Position numbers and translations under genes: made by a program. The notes beneath the pieces are model-generated. The model saw nothing but the letters and a program-made list of their open reading frames with translations, was not told where the DNA came from and searched no databases. Below are positions 9,937 through 17,813 of a DNA stretch of 17,854 bases, piece by piece (position 1 is the first letter of the stretch; every line of letters starts with the position of its first letter). This stretch comes from Abditibacteriaceae bacterium (GTDB lineage Bacteria > Armatimonadota > Abditibacteriia > Abditibacteriales > Abditibacteriaceae), in contig JANPJS010000155.1 of assembly GCA_031425655.1 (NCBI GenBank), forward strand, positions 1 through 17,854, in the 5' to 3' direction.

Positions 9937-9963
9937 TTAGCACTCTCTTAGCGAGAGTGCTAA
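9937..9963. promoter_or_regulatory. CIRCE operator (HrcA binding site)
   Basis: TTAGCACTC-tcttagcga-GAGTGCTAA is an exact match to the TTAGCACTC-N9-GAGTGCTAA consensus, lying between the promoter and groES. Confidence 0.98.
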
Positions 9964-9974
9964 TCCGAAGATGA

Positions 9975-10003
9975 ATTATAGGCGCGACTTGCTACGGAGT
10001 CAA
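9975..10003 (-). promoter_or_regulatory. Sigma70/SigA promoter of groESL
   Basis: On the minus strand, TTGACT (10003-9998), a 17-nt spacer, then TATAAT (9980-9975), just upstream of CIRCE. Confidence 0.9.
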
Positions 10004-10083
10004 GTTAAATTCAGAAACTTTTCGGAAATTTTCTGGAAATCTGCGTGCCTTTGTCGGCCCGTAGCCGGTTGCACATATGCTTA

Positions 10084-10092
10084 TGCTATAAT
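10084..10092 (+). promoter_or_regulatory. Extended -10 promoter for the 10127 gene cluster
   Basis: TGcTATAAT at 10084-10092, followed by an AGGAGG RBS (10115-10120) and the ATG at 10127. Confidence 0.65.
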
Positions 10093-10126
10093 TCCGGCCA
10101 AGCCGTAACGAAGCAGGAGGAATAGC

Positions 10127-11134
10127 ATGAGCGAAAAAGAATTAGCCCAAGCTCTTTATCAGGCCGGGCTTTTGACACAGGAGCAGATTCAGGCCGCCGC
10201 CGCACAGCGCACGCCGGAATCGAGTTTTAGCGATGTCATCATCCGCAACGGATGGGTGACGCAAGAGCAAATCAATCAGGTCAGTGGCAGCCAGAGCGCA
10301 ACTGCGTGGGGCACAGTGTCCCCGACGCAAACGCCGCCGGTTAACGCGCCTCCGCCCTACACGGCTCCGCCTTACAGCCCGCCCATTCCCGCGCCGACAG
10401 GCTTTGCGCCCGGCGCTCGTGGTCAGGCTACGCTCGGAGGAGGCTCGGCTACATCAATGCCTCCATCGCCGCGCCCCGGCATGGTTTCCACGGATGCCAT
10501 TAACGAAGCGTGGGCGCTGCTCAAACCGAATATCGGCGTGTGGTTGGCCGCAATTGTCATTACTCTGGTGATAGGCGGAATAGTTGGCCAAATGCAACAG
10601 TCCATGACTCCACACGGGCCTGACGGCAGACCTCACCCCAATCCGGTAAGCGGGGTTTTTTCTCTCATCTCAATCATAGTTACTCAGCTCGTTACTGCCG
10701 GTTTGCTAAAAATGGCACTGCAGAACATCCGAACCGGGCGAGCCGAACTGAGCGAGATGTTCAACATTGGCGATGTGATCGTCAATGTAGTTATCGCCAC
10801 CATATTGACGTTCATCGTAGTTGTCATCGGTTTTGTGTTTTGTATCATTCCCGGCATTATCCTGGCGCTCGGTCTTTCGATGACGCAGATATTGATTGTG
10901 GATCAAAAAATGGATGCGGTTACAGCCATGAAAGCCAGTTGGGAAGGCATGAAAGGTCGCAAAGGTGCCTTGTTTGTGCTCGGATTCGTGCTGCTTCTGC
11001 TTAACATTGTTGGCCTGTTAGCCTTGTGTGTCGGCTATTTAGTGACGCTGGCTTTAACTCACTTGACGCTCGCAGTAGTTTACCGCGACGTTTTTTACGG
11101 CACGTCTCCCGTTCCACTGCAAAATCCGTCATAA
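10127..11134 (+). CDS. Integral membrane protein: degenerate MshEN/GSPII_E-N-like N-terminus, Pro-rich linker, multi-helix DUF975/YciC-like membrane domain
   Basis: LAQALYQAGLLTQEQIQAA...FSDVIIRNGWVTQEQI, then a Pro-rich segment, then AINEAW...GFVFCIIPGI...AMKASW..MKG...GLLALCVG. Strong RBS. Confidence 0.8.
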   Translation: MSEKELAQALYQAGLLTQEQIQAAAAQRTPESSFSDVIIRNGWVTQEQINQVSGSQSATAWGTVSPTQTPPVNAPPPYTAPPYSPPIPAPTGFAPGARGQATLGGGSATSMPPSPRPGMVSTDAINEAWALLKPNIGVWLAAIVITLVIGGIVGQMQQSMTPHGPDGRPHPNPVSGVFSLISIIVTQLVTAGLLKMALQNIRTGRAELSEMFNIGDVIVNVVIATILTFIVVVIGFVFCIIPGIILALGLSMTQILIVDQKMDAVTAMKASWEGMKGRKGALFVLGFVLLLLNIVGLLALCVGYLVTLALTHLTLAVVYRDVFYGTSPVPLQNPS

Positions 11135-11152
11135 ACCAAGCCGCAGAATTCG

Positions 11153-11542
11153 ATGGCCAAGCTGAAACTCCGCGCCGGGCACGCTGCGACTATCATTTTA
11201 GTCGCAGCGATGCTCCTGCCACTGCCGGCACAGGGCCGAATCGGGGGATTCCCTTCGCTCTGCATGACTCAAACGCTTTTTGGAATTCCCTGCGCGCTGT
11301 GCGGGATGACGCGCTCTTTTGTCTGTATGGGCCATGGAAAATTGGAAGAAGCCTTGTCTTATCACCTGCTTGGCCCCGCCGTGTTCGTTTCAATAGCGAT
11401 TGTGGCCGTTCTGGATATTTCGCGAAGAAAATGGCGCCCATCGCACAGGCTTTCACAAGGGCTAATCGCAATCGGTGCGGCTACATTTGGCGTGGTCTGG
11501 GTGGCGCGTTTGAGTGGATTCTGGCCGTTTCCTGCGAACTAA
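11153..11542 (+). CDS. DUF2752 domain membrane protein
   Basis: C...TLFGIPCALCGMTRSF...HG..EEAL.YH.LG matches the DUF2752 CxxCGxTR signature, and the protein has hydrophobic helices. Confidence 0.85.
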   Translation: MAKLKLRAGHAATIILVAAMLLPLPAQGRIGGFPSLCMTQTLFGIPCALCGMTRSFVCMGHGKLEEALSYHLLGPAVFVSIAIVAVLDISRRKWRPSHRLSQGLIAIGAATFGVVWVARLSGFWPFPAN

Positions 11543-11569
11543 ACGTTATTGAAAACAGGAGTTAATTCG

Positions 11570-12100
11570 ATGAGCGAAGTTGAAATATATATCCAGCGAT
11601 TGAAAGCGCGCGAGCTGTTGCCGCCGCTGTATCCGACCGAAGTTTGGGACGCGGATTTGTCCACGCAAATCCGCGATTCAACGCAGTCAAGCGATGCCGT
11701 GCGCGCCGGATTATTGCTGTGGAATGACGATTTAGACGCTTCGCACACGATTTCGCAGAACATTTCCGACGCAACCGGCAGTTTTTGGCACGCGATTATG
11801 CACCGGCGCGAAGGTGATGCCAGCAACGCGAAATACTGGTGGCGGCGAACCGACGCACATCCGGCGTTTGGCGCTGTTCAACAAGCAGTGCTTGCGGTTT
11901 TGGAAAGCGAAACGAGTGCGCCAGCGCAAAACTTCGCCGACGAACTGAGGCGCGCCCAAACATGGCTGCCCGAACGCTTCGTGGATGCTTGCGCGGCAGG
12001 AAAACCCAGCGGTAACTGGCTGCTGCGCGTGCAAACCGCCGAAATCGAAACACTGCTGAATTGGTGTTTCGCGCAAAAAACCACTGCGAACACTGATTAA
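11570..12100 (+). CDS. Conserved hypothetical protein (helical; WHAIMHRREGD..NAKYWWRR motif)
   Basis: AGLLLWNDDLDASHTISQ...GSFWHAIMHRREGDASNAKYWWRR resembles a widespread uncharacterised family. An AGGAG RBS precedes the ATG at 11570. Confidence 0.8.
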   Translation: MSEVEIYIQRLKARELLPPLYPTEVWDADLSTQIRDSTQSSDAVRAGLLLWNDDLDASHTISQNISDATGSFWHAIMHRREGDASNAKYWWRRTDAHPAFGAVQQAVLAVLESETSAPAQNFADELRRAQTWLPERFVDACAAGKPSGNWLLRVQTAEIETLLNWCFAQKTTANTD

Positions 12101-12102
12101 TG

Positions 12103-12164
12103 ACCACAAAAAGCACAAAAGACACAAAATATAAGTTTTTTGTGTCTTTTGTGCTTTTTGTGGT
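12103..12164. repeat. Perfect 27-bp inverted repeat of 9-nt periodic CACAAAA units (REP-like; probable bidirectional terminator)
   Basis: ACCACAAAAAGCACAAAAGACACAAAA-tataagtt-TTTTGTGTCTTTTGTGCTTTTTGTGGT, between two convergent stop codons. Confidence 0.9.
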
Positions 12165-12169
12165 GAATT

Positions 12170-14518
12170 TTATTTCTCAAAAGCGCGAAGTTCAGCACAC
12201 GACGAAAATGCTTGATTCGGATTGTCGCCGCTCGCCGGTTTTCCGACGACGCGCAGGGCGACGATTGAAATCGGCTGCGCCAATTTCAGCGTGAATTGCT
12301 GGCCGTCTTTCAAGCCGCGATTGTCGGTCGCGGTCGTGGCCGGATAATCATCAAGCGCGCCGATGGTTTCCCACGCGCCGCCGGGCGCTTTTTGCACTTG
12401 CACGCGGGGCTTGCCCGCCGAGGCATCGAACCAGCCGCCGTCGTGGAAAGTTTGGCCGTGTGCGAAGGTTAAGCGCGCGATAGTCAGCGGCTTTTCGAGC
12501 GCGACGGAAAACCAATCTTCGTTTTGCTTTTCGCCATCGAAAGTCACGGCGAACGTGGACACATCGCCGTCGTTGATCGAGCCGTTTACGTTGCCTTCGC
12601 GCGAACGCGCTTCACGTCCGAGCGAAAAGGCATCTTCAGGCGCAAAATTGCCCGGCGCCCGCAGCCACACCGCGAAGCGTCCGCCTGTCGCGCCCGCTTG
12701 CGCGAACGGCACGAAGACGGCGCTTTTCGTTGTGCCATCTTTGCCGATTTGAATCGGCGCCGCGAAAGTGCCGTCGTCCTTTACCTCCGCAGTCGCTTTT
12801 GCGGCCAGCGTCACAATTTTCGCCGATGGTAAGCCGGGATTCAGTTTTTCGTCGTAGGCCAAAACGAACGGGCCGTATTGCAATGCGGCGTGGCCCGCAT
12901 TGGAGTCGGTGCCGGAAATGATCCGATGCTCATTGCTCCACGATAGAGGCAAGCGCGCATAGTTATTCCAATTACGCGCTGCCAACGTCATCCAACCATT
13001 ATTCATAGTTGGGCGCAAATCATCGGGAAGTCTGGAATACAACTCTTTGCTGGGCACCCATTGCGGCGAGCGAACCTGTATGGCATATCGCGCGGTGCCA
13101 TTTACAGCCACTAACAGCGCCACAGAATGATAATCGCGACCGCCACCACGAGCGGCGGCACTTCCGCGCGCTGCACCATCCGCGAACGCATCAGGCTGAT
13201 TGTCAGGATTGGTCTGCTGTATGCGAGCCACCTTACCTCCGAGCGAGGTTTCCGCTGTAGCGTCTTCCGGCAACACTGAAACTAATACGTCGTCGCCGTT
13301 GGTTTCCTTTTTCTTGAAAAAGATCATTTGCGGCAGCAGCGCGATGGCGCGCGGGCCGCTGCTCAGGCAGCAGTTGGTGGAATTGCCATACGGTTTGGTG
13401 CCTTCGAGCGGCGTATAATAGCACCATTTCGAGCCGTCGGGCAGTTGCGCGCCCGCTAAGTGGTTGTAATACGAGCGTTCTAATTCGTCGCCGTATTTGG
13501 CTTCGCCGGTTAAACGCAGCAGGTGCCAGTTAAGTTGAATCCACGTCGTCGTGACGCAGGTTTCGCCCATATTCGCGGCGTTGCCGTGCGGCAATTCGTG
13601 GTCGGCGTGAAAATGCTCGTGATGGCTGGCTGTGCCTGTAATGTAGCGCTGGTTCGCTGTTACGTCCGTCCACGCTTTTTCGGCGGCGACAAGATAATTT
13701 TTGTCGCCCGTCGCGCGGGCTAATTCGCACAGGCCGACCAAGTTCGACAGCATTTCATAAGCTTTTCCGTTCGCCGTCTTGTTGACTTTGCCGGTTTCGT
13801 TCAGCGTTTTGATGATTTTCGGGCCTTTCGGCTCATCCCACGATTGCACGATATATTTGGCAAAATTTAGATACTTTTCGTCGCCGGTTGCGCGATACAA
13901 ATTCACCATCGGCTCCAAAACGCTGGTCGCCGCCATGCCGACGTGCGTGCCGGCGGAAATAATACTTTTCTTGCCCGGCCCGAACGTGTTGAGCAGCAAA
14001 TCGCCGATTTTGCGGCTCGACTCCAATGCCGCGACATTGCCGGTATATTCGTGAAGCGTCAGCAGGCCGATGAGGTTATATTTATGCACCCAAACGTCCC
14101 AATCGGCGCCGGGATACAGACCGAATCGCTTTTCTTTGACGTAAGTGCCCAAGTAGCCGTCGGCTTCCTGCGTTTTGATGAGTTCAGCGGCCACGCGATC
14201 AATTTTCTCGCGCAGTTTCGCTTCCTTGCTGTTAGCCCACGCTAAAGTTGCGGCGTGCAAAAACTTGCCGACGTGTTCGCCAATCCACGCCTGCTCGCCG
14301 GGACGTTTGCGAAAACCGGCCAGCAAATTGTCTTCGTCCACAACGAGCAAGCGGTTTTTCTCGTTATTTCGCACGCGCTCACCGAGAAAACCACCGACTT
14401 TCACAGCCGAAGGCGGCAACGGTTCGAGAACGTCGGCCAGTTTCGGCGCAACCGGCGCAGCTAAAAGCGGCGCGCTTGTCGCGGCAAGTCCAATCAGCAA
14501 CAATCGGAATTTTCTCAT
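12170..14518 (-). CDS. Secreted GH127-family (beta-L-arabinofuranosidase-like) glycoside hydrolase with a C-terminal discoidin/CBM32-like domain
   Basis: Signal peptide; motifs GEHVGKFL, QEADGYLG, KAYEM, YITGT, ETCVTTTW, ELERSYYNHL, YYTPL, NCCLSSG (Cys pair) and ALQYGPFVLA. The C-terminal region DGDVSTF...DWFSVAL...SCAELRAF looks discoidin-like. Confidence 0.88.
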   Translation of the reverse strand: MRKFRLLLIGLAATSAPLLAAPVAPKLADVLEPLPPSAVKVGGFLGERVRNNEKNRLLVVDEDNLLAGFRKRPGEQAWIGEHVGKFLHAATLAWANSKEAKLREKIDRVAAELIKTQEADGYLGTYVKEKRFGLYPGADWDVWVHKYNLIGLLTLHEYTGNVAALESSRKIGDLLLNTFGPGKKSIISAGTHVGMAATSVLEPMVNLYRATGDEKYLNFAKYIVQSWDEPKGPKIIKTLNETGKVNKTANGKAYEMLSNLVGLCELARATGDKNYLVAAEKAWTDVTANQRYITGTASHHEHFHADHELPHGNAANMGETCVTTTWIQLNWHLLRLTGEAKYGDELERSYYNHLAGAQLPDGSKWCYYTPLEGTKPYGNSTNCCLSSGPRAIALLPQMIFFKKKETNGDDVLVSVLPEDATAETSLGGKVARIQQTNPDNQPDAFADGAARGSAAARGGGRDYHSVALLVAVNGTARYAIQVRSPQWVPSKELYSRLPDDLRPTMNNGWMTLAARNWNNYARLPLSWSNEHRIISGTDSNAGHAALQYGPFVLAYDEKLNPGLPSAKIVTLAAKATAEVKDDGTFAAPIQIGKDGTTKSAVFVPFAQAGATGGRFAVWLRAPGNFAPEDAFSLGREARSREGNVNGSINDGDVSTFAVTFDGEKQNEDWFSVALEKPLTIARLTFAHGQTFHDGGWFDASAGKPRVQVQKAPGGAWETIGALDDYPATTATDNRGLKDGQQFTLKLAQPISIVALRVVGKPASGDNPNQAFSSCAELRAFEK

Positions 14519-14554
14519 AATTTTCTTCTCAAAAGAGGTTCTAAACGAAGTGCT

Positions 14555-15850
14555 TCACAATTTCTTCGGCGTTTTCCAAATCCAGCGACCTGCGGCGTCA
14601 ATGTAGCCCGCAGTGCCGTTTTCCGAGACCCACGCTAAACCATCGTGAAATTGCAGCGCCATGAATTCCAAAGAAGGCGCTTTGTGCATGGGAACATAAT
14701 CGAAGCGCGGCGCAATTACAGTCGCTCCGGCGCGATTGATGTAGCTCCATTTTTCGCCGGGTTTTTGCACGGGCGCGAGGCCGTCGGAAAAGTATCCCAT
14801 CTTTTCAAACTGCGGCGCGATGACATAAACGCCGCTGCGATCAATGTAGCCGCCGCTGCCTTTGCCCGGCTCGGTTCCTTCACGCACCGGCGCCAAGCCT
14901 TCCACGAAACTCAAGCCACCGCCGTTGAATTTCGCTTCAATCGCCCATTGGCCGCTTTTATCAATCCAACCGAAACGGATATTTTGCGGCGTCGTGCCGC
15001 TGACTACTAAAGCGACGCCATCACGGAAACCGCCGCCTAAATCGTTGAGCGCGGCGCCGAAAACTTCTAAAAATCGCGGTGGAATGACCATTTTCCCTGT
15101 CGCGTCAATAAAACCAAAAAGCCCGCCGTCCGGCTTTTTGACCTTGACCGCCGCCAAACCATCCGAAAAATCGTAGGTTTCCAGCCATTCCTGATTTTTC
15201 GGCGCGCGAATCAGTTTTCCTCGCCGGTCGGTGAAAACTTCGTAGCTTTGAAAATCCGGTGTCATAATATCAACGCGCGCAAAGCCGTTGCGAAACGGCT
15301 CGCCGCGCAAAAAACGCGGCGTGATAATCCATTGGCCGCTTTTGTCAATGTAACCAACCTCGCCGGGCCAGCGATTTTTCTCGGCTTCCTGCTCGCTCAC
15401 TTCGACCGCCGCCAAGCCTTCGGAAAACGTCCTGCGCGCCGTCTCAAAACCGAAAGGGTCGCTCTTGCCGACAAAACGCGGCTTGATTTTCCACTCGCCG
15501 CGCGCGTTGAGATAGCCCCATTTGCCGCCCGCTTGCACGACCGCTAAACCTTCGGAGAAAACGCCGGCATTGGCGAAGCGCGGTGCAATCGCCCAGTTGC
15601 CGCTGCGTTCATCGAGAAAGCCCCACTTGCCAGCCGAGCGCGCTGCCACCAGATTCTCGCCGCGCCCGCCAATTCCATCGAGTTTCAGCGGCACCACAAG
15701 TTTTCCGGCACGATTGATAAAGCCCCACTTTGGCGACACGCCGCCCGAACGCACCGGATAAATGCGGGCGCCGGTTTCCGCTGCATTCGCCAGTAAAAAC
15801 AGCCCTGAAATCAGCGGCAAAAACGCGCTTTTCGACTGAAAAATTCTCAA
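14555..15850 (-). CDS. WG (KWG) repeat-containing secreted protein
   Basis: Repeated KWG(F/Y)I(D/N)xxG...I.P.F....FSEGLA.V units. The start is uncertain: ATG at 15892 or 15880, or TTG at 15850, which gives a typical signal peptide and avoids overlap with the divergent gene. Confidence 0.9.
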   Translation of the reverse strand: MRIFQSKSAFLPLISGLFLLANAAETGARIYPVRSGGVSPKWGFINRAGKLVVPLKLDGIGGRGENLVAARSAGKWGFLDERSGNWAIAPRFANAGVFSEGLAVVQAGGKWGYLNARGEWKIKPRFVGKSDPFGFETARRTFSEGLAAVEVSEQEAEKNRWPGEVGYIDKSGQWIITPRFLRGEPFRNGFARVDIMTPDFQSYEVFTDRRGKLIRAPKNQEWLETYDFSDGLAAVKVKKPDGGLFGFIDATGKMVIPPRFLEVFGAALNDLGGGFRDGVALVVSGTTPQNIRFGWIDKSGQWAIEAKFNGGGLSFVEGLAPVREGTEPGKGSGGYIDRSGVYVIAPQFEKMGYFSDGLAPVQKPGEKWSYINRAGATVIAPRFDYVPMHKAPSLEFMALQFHDGLAWVSENGTAGYIDAAGRWIWKTPKKL

Positions 15851-15890
15851 AATTGGCCAAAAAGCCCGCTTTTGCCGCATAATATCTGTC

Positions 15891-16127
15891 ATGGAACCTC
15901 ATTCGGATGAAAAACCCGGTTACAAACGGCGTTTGGGCCGTCGCACCTCGGATTGGCTCATTCCGGTCGTGATGTGGACTATCGCGCTGGCGGGAATTCT
16001 CTCGGCGCGTCATTACTATGTGCGCATGCTGGATGCTGAAAGCATGAACGAATCGCTGCGCCAGCAAGTGCAACTTCTCGAACGCGCGTCGCCACCTTCG
16101 GCCAACACCAAGAAACGCCTGCCCTGA
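15891..16127 (+). CDS. Small hypothetical single-pass membrane protein with a short coiled coil
   Basis: Fills the gap between the WG and GH140 genes. Basic N-terminus, TM-like WLIPVVMWTIALAGILSA, then NESLRQQVQLLE. CATAAT lies 7 nt before the ATG. Confidence 0.55.
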   Translation: MEPHSDEKPGYKRRLGRRTSDWLIPVVMWTIALAGILSARHYYVRMLDAESMNESLRQQVQLLERASPPSANTKKRLP

Positions 16128-16135
16128 GCCAATTT

Positions 16136-17524
16136 TCAACGCCCCGGCGCCGTGTAATTCTTCGCCGCGTCATCTAAAACCAGCACCCAATCGTGTCCGA
16201 CGCCATCTGAAGGCGGCGTAAATTCTTTTTTGCCTTCGCGCGTAATTTGTTCGCCGGGCGAAGCTTCGCCGCGACGCGGATTGAACCAGAACACGTTCAG
16301 CTTTTCGCCAGACAATTTCGATAAATCAACCGTAAACGGCTTGCCCGCCGCGCTGTAAACAAAAGCATAGCTGCCGTCTTGTCCGCGCGTGGCCTGCACG
16401 CGCTCGCTGCCGCTTCCGGCATTGGAAACCAATAATGTTTGGTCGGGAATGCGCTCCAAAACCGGACGCGATTCGATGAGATTGCGCGCGAATTGCATTT
16501 GCCCGGCGCCCGCGAGATGCAAAGCGCGCTGCCACGGCAAACGCGCCGACGAAACCGCCGGACGCCGCGCCGTATCGAGAAACTGCCAGATGTCGTGACA
16601 GCCGTAAGTGTGGCCGCACGCGCCGGCAAACAGCGACCAATACGCGAATTGGCGCACCGCGTAGTCGTCGAAATAGCCGTTTTCCGGCTTGAAATCTATC
16701 GGATGATCTTCGTAGCCCGGTTCGCCATCGAGACACGGCTTGACCGGCTGCAACGCGTAATCTTTAGCGATAACTTGGTAATTCGGCGAGCGCAAACGAT
16801 GGCCCGATTGCAGCATATTGAAATCAAGCCACGCTTCGTTGTGCCACCACTGCGAAGAAGTCTGGCCGCCGTTGGGATGAAACGTCATCAAATGCCGTCC
16901 GCCATCGCCGGCTTTCAAACCCGCCACCATATTGCGAATAATCTGGCGATGCGCTTCGCTTTCAACAGGCCGGTCGCCGCCTAAAATCCAGATAACCGGC
17001 TGCTTCGCATAGCGCCGTCCGAAAAATTCGCCCCAGGCTCGCGCATTTTCCGGCGTGAAGAGTTCGGGGCCGCGTCCCCATTTTTTATTCCAGTATTCGC
17101 CCCACGTCGGCAGCATTCCGATGACTAATCCAAGCTCTTTCGCGCGATTAACGACGCGATCCATGTGCGCGAAATACTTCTCGTTTGGCTTGGAGGTGTC
17201 GTTGTTTTCAAAAGGCAGATCGCCGTTGCGATTCGGCTCGGATAGGCCGCCGTGTTCGGCCAAGCCCATGACTTGAATGACGGTAAATTTCTTGGCGGCG
17301 CGGTCACGCAAATACTCGTCGGCTTCCTCGAAAGACAAGCGATGAAACAGCGTCCAACCGGTGTCGGCCAAATAGAAAAACGGCGTGCCATCTACTTTGA
17401 GTAAAAAGCGTTTGTTGTCGCTCACGCGCGACGGCGAAAAATCGTGGGGCATTTTCACAGCGTCCTTTCCTTGCGCTGGAGCAACCAGCGCGAAACCACA
17501 AAACAGGATTCCTAAAAGTCGCAT
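16136..17524 (-). CDS. Secreted DUF4038/GH140 (apiosidase-like) glycoside hydrolase with a C-terminal putative collagen-binding domain
   Basis: Signal peptide; motifs DGTPFFYLADTGW, FTVIQ, YFAHMD, LPTWG, IWILGGD, LMTFHP, WLDFNMLQSGH, KPCLDGEPGYE, GHTYG, WFNPRRG and DWVLVL. AAGGA RBS. Confidence 0.9.
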   Translation of the reverse strand: MRLLGILFCGFALVAPAQGKDAVKMPHDFSPSRVSDNKRFLLKVDGTPFFYLADTGWTLFHRLSFEEADEYLRDRAAKKFTVIQVMGLAEHGGLSEPNRNGDLPFENNDTSKPNEKYFAHMDRVVNRAKELGLVIGMLPTWGEYWNKKWGRGPELFTPENARAWGEFFGRRYAKQPVIWILGGDRPVESEAHRQIIRNMVAGLKAGDGGRHLMTFHPNGGQTSSQWWHNEAWLDFNMLQSGHRLRSPNYQVIAKDYALQPVKPCLDGEPGYEDHPIDFKPENGYFDDYAVRQFAYWSLFAGACGHTYGCHDIWQFLDTARRPAVSSARLPWQRALHLAGAGQMQFARNLIESRPVLERIPDQTLLVSNAGSGSERVQATRGQDGSYAFVYSAAGKPFTVDLSKLSGEKLNVFWFNPRRGEASPGEQITREGKKEFTPPSDGVGHDWVLVLDDAAKNYTAPGR

Positions 17525-17603
17525 AAGTCCTTATTTTGCACCAAAAAGGCGCACTTCGTAGCCTTGCAGCACGACGACGGTTCGAGATTACCGGCGCCCA
17601 ACC

Positions 17604-17813
17604 TATAATAACCCGACTTGCTACCTATGGGAGTGCGAAGAGCGACTTCGTCGCTCCCGCCCCCACCCAGCCTCCCCCGGAGGGGGAGGAGCCGCGTTTT
17701 CTCAAGGATTTTTGCCCCGGAGAGCGCACTCCTCCCCCTCCGGGGGAGGTTGGGTGGGGGCAAAGTGCGGCTCCATTATCCATCTTCAATAGGTAGCAAG
17801 TTGGGTTATTATA
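17604..17813. mobile_element. 210-bp MITE-like non-autonomous element with 25-bp terminal inverted repeats
   Basis: TATAATAACCCGACTTGCTACCTAT (17604-17628) and ATAGGTAGCAAGTTGGGTTATTATA (17789-17813) are 24/25 complementary. Both outer ends are TA, consistent with a TA target duplication. Confidence 0.7.
17659..17761. repeat. GC-rich REP-like doublet nested in the MITE
   Basis: GCCCCCACCCAGCCTCCCCCGGAGGGGGAGGAG (17659-17691) and CTCCTCCCCCTCCGGGGGAGGTTGGGTGGGGGC (17729-17761) are 32/33 complementary, and each arm is itself a hairpin. Confidence 0.85.

Noticed and set aside
12100..12294. 64-aa ORF MTTKSTKDTK...
   Set aside because: It is a translation of the palindromic repeat and runs antisense into GH127.
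17742..17760. G-run cluster as a G-quadruplex
   Set aside because: One run is only GG, and the G-runs are fully explained by Watson-Crick pairing within the repeat.
17512..17796. ORFs of 83 and 86 aa across the MITE
   Set aside because: Pro/Gly-rich translations of the inverted repeats, with no transposase motifs.
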